A program made the position numbers and the translations under genes. This document shows, in pieces, positions 1 to 13,446 of a stretch of 64,000 bases of DNA. Origin of the DNA: Takakia lepidozioides (Eukaryota > Plantae > Bryophyta); assembly GCA_030704615.1 (NCBI GenBank), contig CM060731.1, positions 78,926,001-78,990,000 on the forward strand, given 5' to 3'. How positions within the stretch are numbered: the stretch's first letter is position 1; each line of letters starts with the position of its first letter. The notes under the pieces were generated by a model that saw nothing but the letters and a program-made list of their open reading frames with translations, was not told the origin of the DNA and did not search any database.

Positions 1-478
1 ATGACAAACGTCGTAATATGTAATACCCAACACTAGCCTCATGGATGAAACATCCACGAACGCGGAGTTTCATCCATCCACAAGAGGGATCTTCCTACCC
101 GTTCCTTGCCTTTCCTTCCCCTTTCCTTTCCTCTCCCATTTTTTGTCTCTGCGCTCGGTTGACCCGATCTGGTGTCCACTTCCTGGCAATTTCTCTTTGC
201 CAATCCATGCGAAATTCTGTCTCCATGCGGATCCGTAAGAAGGGTTATTTTCGTTGACGATTTTTCTCTCTGTTTTGGCTACTCAATTCTGATAACTCCG
301 GGCCTCCTCCTTTGGGGCTCTTTGATCTCAGCTTGTAACGTAGCGTATATCCTTGGACCTCGCCGCTCCAGTCTCAATTTTTATTTGGGTTTCTTTTTCA
401 TCTCGAGTTCATTACCTGGTTTACGTACTTTGGAAGGCAATAGACGGAAGTGGAAGGTGAAGAGGGGACCGCACGGAA

Positions 479-3400
479 ATGGCGACAATTGGCACCAAAA
501 ATGTTCAAGCGAAGCTTGTAGGTTCTTTACTAAATGGAATCTGTTGCAAATGTACATGGATTTCTGGTTTTGCAGAGATTTTTCCAAGCTAGATGAATTA
601 GACGGACCGTCCTGAATAGAGGGATGAGCGGTAAGTTGTCCACGGACGAACAGACGTGGTGTAGTTGGTGAGATTCAAAGGATTTCCCCGTCAACTGCTA
701 CCGCCCTTTGACGATGTAGTACCTGGATATCAGAAATGGTTGTTAGAAATTCGGATGACCTCTAGTTTTTACAGTTTCTGGTTAGGAGCCAGTTTTTTTG
801 TGAGGGGTTGCATTGAATTCGTATGTAACCCTAGTTTTGTCTCTTGCTGCAATTTCCTACCCCCCTTTCAATCATACATAGATTGACTGGACCCTTGATC
901 AACCAGCCTTGAGCATTTCTTCCATCAGGAAGGTGGGATCAGATACTCTGCAGTCTGATGTTTATCTTTTCAAGCCCAATTGTCATGATTAATAGTTGGT
1001 CATCGCCCAATAATTCAAGTGGGCATTGGTGGTAGAGTAATTTAAGTGTGCTGGAATCGTCCACAAATCCCTTGTCCCTTCCAAGATCGGAGGGCATTAC
1101 TGTGAAAATCAGTCAGCAAGCCATAATCTTGGTTTGTTGCTGGGAAGCAAGCATTTTTGGGAGGATGGTTTGTGTCGGTGTTATTTCTGGTGTTCTGTTC
1201 ATCAATGCCTCCTAACGAGGCATTCCACAATATTTTGTTACTTGCCCTAACCTTCTAGTTGCATCTACAAAAATAAAAATGAAATCTGCATATGATGCCA
1301 AACATGTGTGGCGTACTATGAAAATGAATCATGCTTAGCTGGTACAGTTGTATGGTGCTACAGGTGCTGCTGGGAGACATGGGAGCAGGAAAGTCTAGCC
1401 TTGTCTTGCGGTTTGTGAAAGGCCAATTCTTTGATTTTCAGGTGTGCTTTCTCTCTCTCCATGCCCCCCGGGATGTTTCTTTTCTGGTCTTTCTCTCAAT
1501 TCTCATTTACCATTTCATTTCATTTCTCAGTTCTCTAGCAAGAATTTGGAGAAGCAGAACAAATCATTTTTACACATGATGTCTCACATCATGATCATCT
1601 GGTGTCTCACATGATCATCATCTGGAGCCAATGTAGCTCAATACTGCTCTTCCATCGTCTCCTCCCCACTTTATGACCAGACCTAGGGCAGGCTCTGTGG
1701 CCACAGGCTATGGCAAGCTTGTTCTGAAACATAGTTTGTCTCCCCTGCTACTTTCGGTGAACTTCCCCACTGGTGTCATCGGCCTAATTGTATTCTGAGC
1801 TTGGTTCAAGATGTCAGATAGTACCTACCAGGGTGATCAATTCAGGTAGACAACTTGCCGGTCATGTTAACAGTCTTTTCAAGTGGGACCGTTACATGTC
1901 CAGTCGAAACCCTGTTGGAACATCGGGAACTGGGTTTTCTTGTTCAAATGGGAAGATGCCCACCTTCTGTCTCTTAGGGACCTTGATCAATAGTGAGCTA
2001 TGGGTAGTTTATGAAATGAGATGGTGTCTGACTCTTTGTGTACACAGGAATCGACAATTGGTGCAGCATTTCTCACTCAGACATTGGCAGTCAATGAGAC
2101 AACTGTGAAGTTTGAGATTTGGGACACAGCTGGGCAAGAGAGATATCACAGTCTGGCACCCATGTATTATCGTGGTGCTGCTGCTGCCATCATTGTTTAT
2201 GACATAACCAATGCTGTATGTGTCGTCGTCGTTGCTTTCTGTGTATCTTGTTCGTCCTGTTGTTTTTAATTTATTAAAGCCAGAGAGATGGGGGTGGGGA
2301 TGGGGATGGGGTTGGGGAAACCGAGGTAGTGAGCATTAATCTTACTTTATTTGTACAGGTTAGTCCTGAACTTATGTGTCCAGTCATGACATCATTTTTC
2401 CTCTTGTGCTGTGTCATGGTACCTTATTTAATCTCATACCTGCTGAAAGAGTTGTTGAATGCTGCAGGAGTCATTTGCGCGGGCGAAGAAATGGGTGCAA
2501 GAGCTTCAAAAACAAGGTATTGCCACACAATTTCCTATGTTGTCTTGTGGTGTCGTTTCACTAGGTCTTGTAGATAGCTGTGCACATATTCGTGCAGATG
2601 GAGGCTGATCAAGAAAGTTTGATGACTTGCAGGGAATCCAAATCTGGTGATGGCGCTTGCAGGAAACAAGGCAGATCTATCTCCCAAAAGAAAGATTGAG
2701 CCTGAGGTATGAAACAACTTTTTGGAAAGTGTCATAGACTATGAATGTGCTAGAAATAGCTTCATTTCTTGTTTGGGAAACCATGTTGAAGCACGCTCTT
2801 GAGTGGTCTAATTGTTTGACATGGTTGTGTTTTAGTGCCTAGAATCGAGTCTCACCCTGGAGGCCATGTTGAGGCCTGTTTCTGCACCAATCAGTCCTAG
2901 AGCGGGTCCCATCTTTTGGTATTTCTATACAACTAGACTGGTCATCACCCAGACCATGGTGTTGGACTTGCAGGAGGGTCAGGCATATGCAGAGGAAAAC
3001 AGGTTGTTTTTCATGGAGACGTCCGCAAAGACTGCTCAGAATGTCAATGAGCTCTTCTATGAGATTGGTATGACCTCCTCTTCCTCTTGCGACGCTTAAA
3101 GGAATTTGCAGCCTTTCTGGTTTGGGCAAACTGTTGGTCAAGCTTTTATGTCACCACACAGGGTGAAGAAGGAATGACTTGGTCTGCAGCTCAAAGAGCA
3201 GCCCGACCCCTACTTATATGGATATATAGGTAGGTCTGAATTGGCTAGTTATTGTCTTCCTTTGTTAAAGAAAATTCCCTTAGACTGAGTGGAACACATC
3301 AAGCCTTCAGACCGTGTTTGCAAATAATCAAGAGCCTCTTGTGGATTCTTAATGCTCCATTTTTCTGAAGAATGGTATACTGAGGCTTGCTTTGTGTCTT

Positions 3401-3510
3401 TCACAGCAAGGAAGCTGCCAAAAGCTCAACCCTCACAGCAGCCTGCAGGGATGGTGCTTACGGACAGACCTGCTAATCGACTCACTCAAACGTCTGGGTG
3501 TTGCTCTTAA
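479..3510 (+). CDS. RABF2: Rab5-family small GTPase (RabF2 type), 7 exons: 479-517, 1364-1441, 2048-2215, 2468-2516, 2633-2706, 2974-3067, 3407-3510
   Basis: Spliced GT-AG exons give [80 protein letters not shown] and a C-terminal CCS* prenylation site. Exon phases are consistent. Confidence 0.95.
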
Positions 3511-4259
3511 GGTCTATGCCTGTGGAGGTGATTAAGAGACTGTGCAGCACCAGTCTGACCACGACAACAGTAAATTCTTTATGCAGAGACACCATGGAGC
3601 CCTATACTGTTCAATTGCATGCGCTGGGCTTGATGGGTGGGCTATTAGGCACAATTGGGGAGAGGTTCAGAGCCCTGAAGCAGCAGAAAGGAGTTCAGAC
3701 AGTGGAAATATTTATAGCTGGCAGGTGCCTTCCCTTTTCTTGTTCAGTTTTAACAGGTCGATGTGTGTATGCATCTATCAATTTGCAGGGTTGGCATATC
3801 AGCCCCCTGCTGTGCATAAGACTTATGTACGGGTAGAGATGGAGAGCTACCTGTTTGTAAAGTTTGATATGGCCAGGTCAAAGCATTTGCTGCTTTGGGA
3901 TCCAGGACAGCATCTGTATAACGACTATCTGATTTCACTACAAGGATCCCTCACGTGCAAGACACCATAAGTCCACTGTTGTTACTGAATCTATGACATC
4001 CTTGTGAGAGTTTCCATATGTCTTCAGCTAACAACATAGTGCAAGTCGGTACTCCAGGATGTTTTGAGACTAATGGCCGCACTTTCAAACTACCAGATAC
4101 ACTCCTTGGATACAGTAAGAATGAAAATTGCATTCACTAATAAGCTCGCTTCATCTCCCCAGGTTCATCATCATCATGAGGTGGCAATGGGAGGTCCAAT
4201 GGGTTCCATTTCCAAAACCCTAAGCAAACCTTTTGTATACTTCAGTAGCATCACATAAC

Positions 4260-4540
4260 TCAGGTAAATGGGGGATACCAAACCATTCCCATCACCACCT
4301 GTGCTCCATCGGTTCTGGAGTCATAGACCTCAATTACTGAACTCTTTGAGCCACCAGACCCTCCTACAATCACTGTGTAATTCTTAGTATGGCTATCCAT
4401 CATCTCTGAACTGTGGGGAACTTCCTGATACAGTTGAGGCACGGGAGGGAGTTCCCGCCACACTTCTGAGAACAATTTCTCAAAAAGTCTTCCACTAATC
4501 AGATCCACTTCATACTGTCCATCTTTATACAACTGCTCCG
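4260..4540 (-). pseudogene. Degenerate F-box-associated/kelch-like propeller fragment
   Basis: WRELPP...MDSHTKNYTVIVGG...IEVYDSRT resembles the propeller blades of the F-box genes in this window (IVDRCSNTYKV...IYDST). No F-box and no continuous ORF. Confidence 0.35.
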
Positions 4541-5508
4541 TCTCCTCATAGTAAAAACCGTCCTTTGCAAGAGACCCTCCTCAAACGTTGTTGTGTCTCT
4601 TCCGAAACGCACATGTCATCTTCTACGTCCTCTAACAACTTCTCTTTTGCTTACAACTGGGCGCGGGGTCAATGGCCACAAGGCTACGGCCAACACCGTC
4701 TTATGAGTACATTCTTTTGCACAACTGCAAGCACCACCGAGCGAGCCTGTGCTTGCAATGCCATGGTCTACCTGTACAGTATCCATTGCAAAACCCCTTC
4801 ACTCTCCCAACAACGAACCACCGCATGCATGACTGTAGCTTCACGATGTAAACACATGCATTTTGCTCTTCTCCAGGTGGAGGAAGGTGAGGGTGTGCTC
4901 AACACCTTTCCGACCAACATGTCGATTTGGCTTCATAAATCCAGACCCTCATGTGCCAAATGAAATGTAGAAAAGACAGCCCGGGATTGGGCCATAAACA
5001 AGTCGGATTTCTCACTTTTTTGTTTCATGAGCTATGCAATGTGCAACCCAGAAACAAACCGACTAATTCCATTGTGCCCTTCAAATGTGAAGAGCCTCTC
5101 TAGTTCTTCAGACAAGTTTGAATGGAGTCTGACCCCCACAATTGGAATGTCAGCAAATAAAAGCTTTGAAAGCCTCTCCAGCTCTTGTGGTAAGTCGAAT
5201 GAACAGGAGTCATTTGTACAGTGGTGACACACACAGTATTCCCCAATTGTTGGAGGAGGGGTGCACCATCTAGTCTCTTCATCCCTACTTTTCCTTGCAA
5301 TCTGCCAACAGATCCTCAAATCTTGACAGCTGACTGTTCAACGATCATATGGATTGTGATCACTGTCTCTCGACTGCTCAAAAACAGTGGGGTACTGACG
5401 ATCCCGTTCAATGACAAGTCGTTTCTTTCACTTAACTCTTTGCTTGAAAATCAGAAGATAAACTTCTCCATCCTCCAGTTTGCACTTCTTTCATATCTGT
5501 CGCTTGTT

Positions 5509-8500
5509 TCACCAGTAATCCCCACAAGAACAAACCCCAGCTTGGAAGTGGTGAAATCTGTTTGCATCCCGTACAACGACTTCTCGCCCAACAATCTTTG
5601 AGATGAATTTGGTGGCAGTGTGACAGTCACCACACACCCGAAGGTTCTTGATGATGCGGATAGGCATCCCAGGGGGCAAGCTGATGAGCCCAAAAGCGAT
5701 AGCCAGCTTCTCACTGTGGTAGCAAAGAGAAATTGCCTTCTGCTCCTCCTCGACATCATGCAGTACAAAGCTTGTGTCAGGCACATACCCAGCATCCTTC
5801 ATCTGCCCATACAATCTCTTCAGCTCAGAATGAATTTCCTTAATTTGTGGATGCAACTTGTCTTCCACAACAAATGTATGCACCTGGTTGTGGACCTCAA
5901 TGCAGCTGTACCCTGGCTCCTTAATGACACCTCTGTCCTCCATCATTTTTCTCACCTTTGCTTTATCGTCCCACCTCCCAGCTGCGGCATAGATATTCGA
6001 CAGCAACACATATGCTGCGGCATCCTGTGGATTGCACTTTAGGAGGCATTTTGCTGCATGTTCTGCTAGCTTCACATCCCCATGGATCCTGCAAGCAGCA
6101 AGCAAGGCCCCCCACACTGGTGCACCTGGTTCAATCGGCATCTTGTTAATCAATTCCGCTGCCTCATCCAGTCGCCCTGCACGGCCAAGAAGGTCCACAA
6201 TGCAGCCAAAGTGTTCCACAGCAGGAGTGAGGAAATAATCTTGACTCATGGAATCAAAGTAGTGACAGCCTTCATCCACTAGGCCCACATGGCTACAGGC
6301 AGAGAGGATAGATATGAAGGTGATACCATCCGGCTTCAAGCCCTTCTTCTGCATTTGTTCAAATAGTTGGAGGGCTTCTCTACTAAACCCATTCTGAGCA
6401 TATCCTGTGATCAGCACACTCCATGAGACCATATCTCGTCTCACCATATTGTCAAACACTTGACGTGCATCTTTGACACTACCACATTTAGCATACATGT
6501 CAACAAGTGAATTGTCCATAATGATATCAGGTGCAATTCTGCTCTTGATGATGTCAGCATGGATCTCCTTTCCTTTTTCAATGGCTCCTAGGCTGGCACA
6601 CGCGTTAAGAACACAAGTGAAAGTGACCTTGTCAGGCATCACCCCCTCCTGTGGCATTTGCTCGTAGAGCTCATATGCCTCCCTTCCAAACCCATGGTGA
6701 ACATATCCTCCAATCATTGCACTCCATGAGACCACATTTCGTTGAGCCATATTGTCAAATACTTGACGTGCATCCTTCATGCTCCCACATTTGGCATACA
6801 TGTCAACAAGGGTATTCTCTAAATTAACATATGATGCAATTCCAGCTCTCATGATGTCAGCATGGACATCTTTGCCCTTTTCTAGGTCTCCTAGGATGGC
6901 ACAGGCATTTAGAACGCATAGGAACGTGACCCTGTCAGGTATTACCCCTTCCTGTTGCATCAGCTCGTAGATCTCCAATGCCTCCCTACCACACCCATGC
7001 TGAGCATATCCCCCGATCATTGCACTCCATGAGACAACATTTCGTTGAGCCATATTATTGAACACTTTGTGTGCATCCTTCATGCTCCCACATTTGGCAT
7101 ACATGTCAACAAGTGTATTCTCCAGATTAATGTATGGGGCAATTCCAGCTTTCATGATGTCAGCATGGACCTGTTTGCCCTTCTCCAGGGCACCTAGGCT
7201 GGCACAGGCATTTAGAACGGAAATGAACGTGACTCTGTTGGGCCTCACCCCTTCCCGTTGCATTTGTTCATAGATCTCCAAGGCCTCCTTTCCGCACCCA
7301 TGCTGAGCATATCCTCCGATCATGGCACTCCAGGAGAACACATCTCGTTTAGCTATGTTGTCTAATACTTGACGTGCACACCTCATGCTCCCACATTTTG
7401 CATACATGTCGACAAGGGTATTCTGCAGAATGATATCTGGTGCAATTCCAGCTTTGATGATGTCGACATGGACCTCTTTGCCCTTTTGTAGGGCCCCTAG
7501 GCTGGCACACGCATTAAGAACACCAGTGAATGTGATCCTATCAGGCATGACCCCTTGCTGTTGCATCTGCTCATAGATTTCAAAAGTTTCCCTACCACAT
7601 CCATGCTTGGCATATCCTGATATCATTGTATTCCATGTAAACATATCTCGTTCAGTCATTCTATCAAACACATGGCGTGCATCCACCACCCTCCCACACT
7701 TAGCATACATGTTGACAAGGGAGTTTAGTACATGGATGTTTGCCTTGAATCCACTTCTTATAATATGGGCGTGCACCTGCTTTCCCTCTGCTAGGCCCTT
7801 CAGGTTGATGCACTCCTGCAAGATACAGATATAAGTATTGGAGTCTACCTGAAGACCTCCTTGGTTCAAAATATGCAATGCATCTTTCAATCGTCCTGCC
7901 TGGCATAGTGTCCTCACATCTCCACAAGAGCCACAAGAGTTCATTTCGATTCCCCCTCTTGCCCCTCTCTCAAAAGCAGTGGTTACATTGGAAGTGCCAC
8001 CTCTGCTGCCAGTCTGATGTCCAACAGACAACTGTGTCCTTACATCCCCACAAGTGCCACAAGAGTTGTTGTCATTTTCCGCTCTTGCCCCTCTTTCAAC
8101 AACAGCGGTGATGGTGGAGGAGCCACCCCAGCTGCCAGTCTGATGTCCAACAACAAACAAATGTGCCTGCTTCTGCCCTGTCATCCTGCATCAAAACCTT
8201 CCATGACAAAACCTTACCCTCAAATTTACACGAAATATCTCATAGCTCATGGATACACTGCACAAGAACCAGTTGCTGGCGACATATTAACATGTTTAAC
8301 AATGTACGGTGGCAGGGCTAGAACACTACCAGCTAACCTAGTGGCCTCTCTCATCAACTTCAGTTGTGTACTTTCAGGAAAATATGTCTGTCTGAATCAT
8401 CATAATTAAAACAATACCCGCTGTATTCTCGGGCTAGAGCTCCATAGTGTACATCGATATTAGAACCATCACCAAATTCTGATTGACCTTGCATCATGGC

Positions 8501-9755
8501 AGCCAACTCTGCTTTCACCCAAGGAGGGTTCAACCAACCCTCAATCCAGAGCACCTCCTTTGTGCACTTGTGTCTAAAGTCTGGTAATCTTGGACCTTTC
8601 TGTCATGACAACCCCTGAGCAGCTCAGTGGTCATGCCTTCCAACAAAGCCACAAGCAGCTTCCAGATGACACGGACCCACAATCTACTTGCCGTACCAAG
8701 GAGATGAAGAATAAGAACACCCAACTGATGCCAACGGTACACATCATTAATGTCATTAATTTAAGCAAGCAGAGAAAAGCACTCCTTGAAAATTTCTACA
8801 CCTTGGATGCAGACGGCCTCACCTTACCAAACCTGTTGTCCCACCACTGTGATGGATCTGAGAAGAAATTCTGCCAGAGATGTTCTGTGATCATTGCTTG
8901 ACCTGTGCAAAAGAACTGCAAGAACATGAGAATATTGCCGGTTTCCAACTGCCTCCGTCAGTTGACATTTACTAGTGCTTAGATCCTTTAGCAGCTCAAT
9001 TGAGCTGGGCACATTGAGCAATTGAAACTAGGTTTCCACAAAATTTCCTCTCCCTCTCTCATATGCTATTCGGGCTTGAATGAGAGTATATAGGTTGTGA
9101 GCTTTCTTTCTTTCCTACATTCTTTCTGTCCTTTTGTCAAGTAATGTGTGAATGGCAATGCAATCACAAGGCACATAGTTCACACCTGTGTCAATTGGGG
9201 GCTACAGCAGCAGTGCTAGAAGTAAAATAACCCTTCACACGAAAGAGTCAAGAGTACATCTCTCTCTGCACTTGTCCATCCATCTCGCTACTTCAGGATG
9301 ACCATAGCGATGTGTGTGGCACATCTGAAGTAACTAGTCGTATACGTTCAGACTGAGCTTGCACCTTTTGGAACTTGCAGCGGAATCTCCTGGGCTATGG
9401 CCGAGCCCTGTCATAGCTTTCACCCTTAGGAACGTAGTGGGTAATCCCCACAAAACGGTACCCCAGAGTGGCTACGGATGCACACAAGCCATGTCAATAA
9501 ATAGCTCTTTCCCAGAAGAAAAATATGCCCAAAGTTTTGAAAAGATGCCGGAGCTGATGGAAGTAGATAAAGTGTGTCGATTACACTCATCAGGTTCCTC
9601 GGATCCACACATTGCAGAGACCCAACAAGACAAGCAACGAATTATGTGTCTGTACCTTTCTTCGGATGCCCCGCAGGATGAGGAGACGTCAAAGCCATCA
9701 CTTCCAGGGGTCTTGTGCCGCGCAATGCCAAGCTGGATGCCCATTTCAGCTCCAT
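5509..9755 (-). CDS. PDF-motif + PLS-PPR (17 motifs) + E1/E2 + DYW deaminase (PPR-A); predicted exons 9755-9656, 8902-8823, 8599-8418, 8185-5509 (~1012 aa)
   Basis: The last exon has L-S-P triplets, PG box [21 protein letters not shown] and terminal CSCGDYW. Upstream exons join with GT-AG sites in matching phases (1,0,2) and give [47 protein letters not shown]. The exon 1 start is less certain. Confidence 0.9.
7910..8160 (-). repeat. In-frame tandem duplication (~126 nt, 42 aa) in the PPR-A linker
   Basis: [39 protein letters not shown] is followed by [39 protein letters not shown]. The segment is single-copy in the paralogs. Confidence 0.85.
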
Positions 9756-10777
9756 AGCCTGGCCCTTCAGTCTGCTGTTTGGTTTCAAGCCCCCCGCCCA
9801 TTCACCGGACGAACCGGAGAGTGCTTTGGGAATGGCCTCCACCTGCGCGATCAGGAGAGCGCCTAAGCACGCTGCCACCCCTGCTTCTAACACTAATCTA
9901 ATCGATAAGGGTGAAGTCCTCGGCTGAGCTCAGTCCTCCTCATCTTGCTCCTCTGCAGCGTAATTGCAGCAGGCTGACCACAATTGTAACATACAACAGA
10001 TAATGTTTTGAATTCATTTCAAATTGAGAGGGTCCACGCTTAAGCTCTAGATTGTTAGGTGCAGTATGTTGAGCTCACTACTCAATGTGTAGGCTAGTTA
10101 CCATAGCTCGGACACGCATTTGGGTGTCTCTCTGTAGCAGTGCAGGGCCACACTTGCCTGGGGAATGGCTGATACGTAGGGAATGGGTACGTTTTCCTAA
10201 TTCGACTAGAATGAAGGGCATCACTACAGAGGCTCTTCACATCGGGAGTTTGCCTAATCCACTTGTTGACAAGAAGATTGAAGGGCGCAGTGATACCGTT
10301 AGCCTATCTGGGGTAGCAGTTTCACAAACAATTCTTAAAAGTATTAGTTCAAATAGGAAAGCATTCAAATCAAGCAGATAGCATGACTCTGTATGATGTC
10401 GCTGGGAGTACTTGCAAATCAAGAGACATTCTGAAGTCTTACCCAGTTTGTGACAATGACACATTCAAAAATAGCAATTTTGTTCTTGATGACACCCTAG
10501 GATTGAATATTTGAACTGTGAATGTTGGATGCTGCAAGACAATAAGATTTCTTTCACCTCGTCAGTGACATACACCCACAGGAAGGCCCATAAGTACAAC
10601 ACAGTAGAGCCACAATGAGCGGAAGCAAGAAGAGAGAGAGGGAAATGAAAAAACTTTATAGAGAGAGACCAGGTAGGAGCTGCTAAGGATTTGTGCTTAA
10701 GCACTAGCCTTCTAAATAGAGAGTGAAGCAAATAGCATCTGGCAAAGTTATCACGTTCTGGCATTTCTTGAGTGCAG

Positions 10778-13446
10778 GTAAAACTATGAGCATAGAATGG
10801 CTCTGGCAGGAGTTCGATCCATCGCAGTGGTGGAACAACAGGCTCGTAAGGTGAGAGTCTTCACTTAGGACTTCAAAGAGTCTGTTGAGGAGCTGTGATG
10901 AAGCTGGCATGGTGATGAGTTGTAGACTAGATTTGTGTCTTCAGTTGCTTGGATTCTCTCTTTGTCACACAAAAAGTCAGCAAAAGCATTTCTAACTGGT
11001 GCTATAGTAGGTGGTTCTTCCTGTTAACAGGCATGAAGATAGGTTGTTCAAAGTTGTGCCCTGCTCTTTGAAAGATGCTTGGAGCTATGCAATGTTGTGG
11101 TGGAATGAAGGCATGGGCCACTGGTTGTTTCACAGAAAAGTCCAAGATCACCAGACTTCAGACATATGCACAGAAAGGAGGTCCTTTGCATTGAGGGCTG
11201 GTCAAACCCTTCGCTGGTGACAGTAGAGCTAGCTGCCATGATACAAGGTGGAGCACAATCTTTTGATGGTTCTAATGTCGATGTACAATGTGGAGCTAAA
11301 GGCCGAGAATACAACGGGTATTGTTTTGATGATAAATTTGGGGTTTCAACCCAAACAGATAGAATTGGTAGAATATTTTGGAAAGTAGATGATTGCAGTA
11401 CCTGCTCCTATTTAACAAGGATCCTACCTCATGAAGAGACTATTATTTTGTAAACTATCTGGGACAAGAGAGTTGTGACTTGAATTGTACAGGTCTGTAT
11501 GCAGGATGGCAGGCTCAAGTCAGGCACCGTTGTATTCTGGACATCTGACTAAAAGCAAGGGCAACACTTGCACCATCACCACTGCTGCTGAAAGAGGATC
11601 AACACAGGGAGTCAAATTGAACTCTTCCAGAACTTGTTGGGATGTGCGGACACTGTGTAAGGCAGGACGAGTGAAAGATGCACTCCACATTTTGAACCAA
11701 CGAGGCATTCAGGTAGACGCCAATACTTATGTCTGCGTCTTGTGGGAGTGCATCAGCATAAAAGGTCTTGCAGAGGGTAAACAGGTGCATGCCCAGATCA
11801 TCCAAAGTGGATTCAGACCAAACATCTTCCTATTCAACACCCTGGTCAACATGTATGCCAAGTGTGGGAGTGTGGCAGATGCACGCCAAGTGTTTGACAA
11901 AATGCCTGGACGAGATATGTTTTCATGGAATATGATGTTAGCAGCATATGCAAAGCCTGGGTGTGGTAAAGAGGCTTTTGAGCTCTATGAGCAAATGCAA
12001 CGAGAAGGAGTGAAACCTGACAGGGTAACACATACTTGCATTCTCACTGTTTGTGCAAGTCAAGGAGCGTTGGGAAAGGGCAAAGAGGTCCACACTGACA
12101 TCATTACTCGTGGAATTGCACCAGACACCATGCTGGAGAATAGCCTTGTTGACATGTATGCCAAATGTGGGAGCATGAAGGATGCACGTCAAGTGTTTGA
12201 CAATATGGCTAAACGAGATGTGTTCACATGGAGTACGATGATTGCAGGATATGCTCAGCATGGTTGTGGTACTGAGGCTTTCGAGCTCTATAAGCAAATG
12301 CAGCTGGAGGGAATAACACCGGACAGAGTGGCGTTTATCTGTGTTCTCAATGCATGTGCCAATCTAGAAGCCCTCGAAAAGGGCAAGGGCGTCCACACTG
12401 ACATAGTGAAATCTGGAGTTGCGTCATATATCAATCTGGAGAATGCACTTGTTAACATGTATGCCAAATGTGGGAGCGTCAAGGAGGCACGCGAAGTATT
12501 TAACAACATGGCTGAACGGAATTTGATCACATGGAATGCCATGATTGCAGGATATTCTCAGCATGGGCGTGGCAAGGAGGCTCTCCAACTATTTGAACGA
12601 TTGCAAAGAGAAGGCTTGAGGCCAGATGGTATCACCTTTATATCACTTCTGTCTGCATGCAGTCATGTGGGCCTACTAGATGAAGGGCGTCATTACTTTT
12701 ATTCCATGAGTCAAGATTATGGGCTCACTCATACGATGGAGCATTTTGGTTGCATGGTGGACCTTCTTGGCCGTGCAGGACAATTGATTGAGGCAGAGGA
12801 CTTCATTAACAAAATGCCCATTGAAGCAGATGTTTTGGTGTGGGGGGCCTTGCTTGGTGCCTGCAGAATTCATAGCAATGTGGAACTAGCAGAACATGCT
12901 GCACTATGCCTTCTCAAGAGGGATCCACAGAACGCTGCGGCCCATGTTTTGCTGTCAAACATCTATGCTGCAGCTGGCAGGTGGGACGATAAAGCAAAGC
13001 TAAGGAAAATGATGGGGAACGTAGGTCTCAGAAAGGAGCCTGGATGCAGCTGCATTGAGGTTGACAACCAGGTGCATACATTCATCGTCGAAGACAAAAC
13101 CCATCCACAAATTGAGGAAATCCTTGCTGAGCTGAAGAGACTGTTTGGGCTAATGAAGGAGGCTGGGTATGTGCCTGACACACGCTTTGTATTGCATGAT
13201 GTGGAGGAGGAGCGAAAGGAAATTTCTCTTTGCCATCACAGTGAGAAGCTGGCAATTGCTTTTGGGCTCATCAGCACACCCCCGGGGAAGTGTATCCGCA
13301 TCATCAAGAATCTTCGGGTGTGTGGTGATTGCCACACTGCCACCAAGTTTATCTCGAAGATTGTTCAGCGAGAGGTGGTTGTCCGGGATGCCAACCGCTT
13401 TCACCACTTCGAAGATGGTGTTTGTTCTTGTGGGGATTACTGGTGA
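10778..13446 (+). CDS. PDF-motif + PLS-PPR (11 motifs) + E + DYW deaminase (PPR-B); predicted exons 10778(ATG 10786)-10845, 11136-11317, 11505-13446
   Basis: ORF 11506-13446 has [21 protein letters not shown] and CSCGDYW. Upstream exons read [17 protein letters not shown] / [28 protein letters not shown]. The 182-nt exon is the same length and phase as in PPR-A. The frame holds if the CTC|GTAAG donor is used. Confidence 0.85.

Noticed and set aside
5451-8409. Many antisense and alternate-frame ORFs over the PPR genes (e.g. [10 protein letters not shown]...), also at 11.5-13.6, 50-52 and 55-63 kb
   Set aside because: These are shadow ORFs produced by the repeated PPR coding sequence.
8940-9020. 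Conserved intronic block (GAGCTGCT.A.GAT) upstream of the PDF exon in PPR-A/B/C as an extra exon
   Set aside because: No consistent frame or donor across the three copies. It is more likely residual intron homology.
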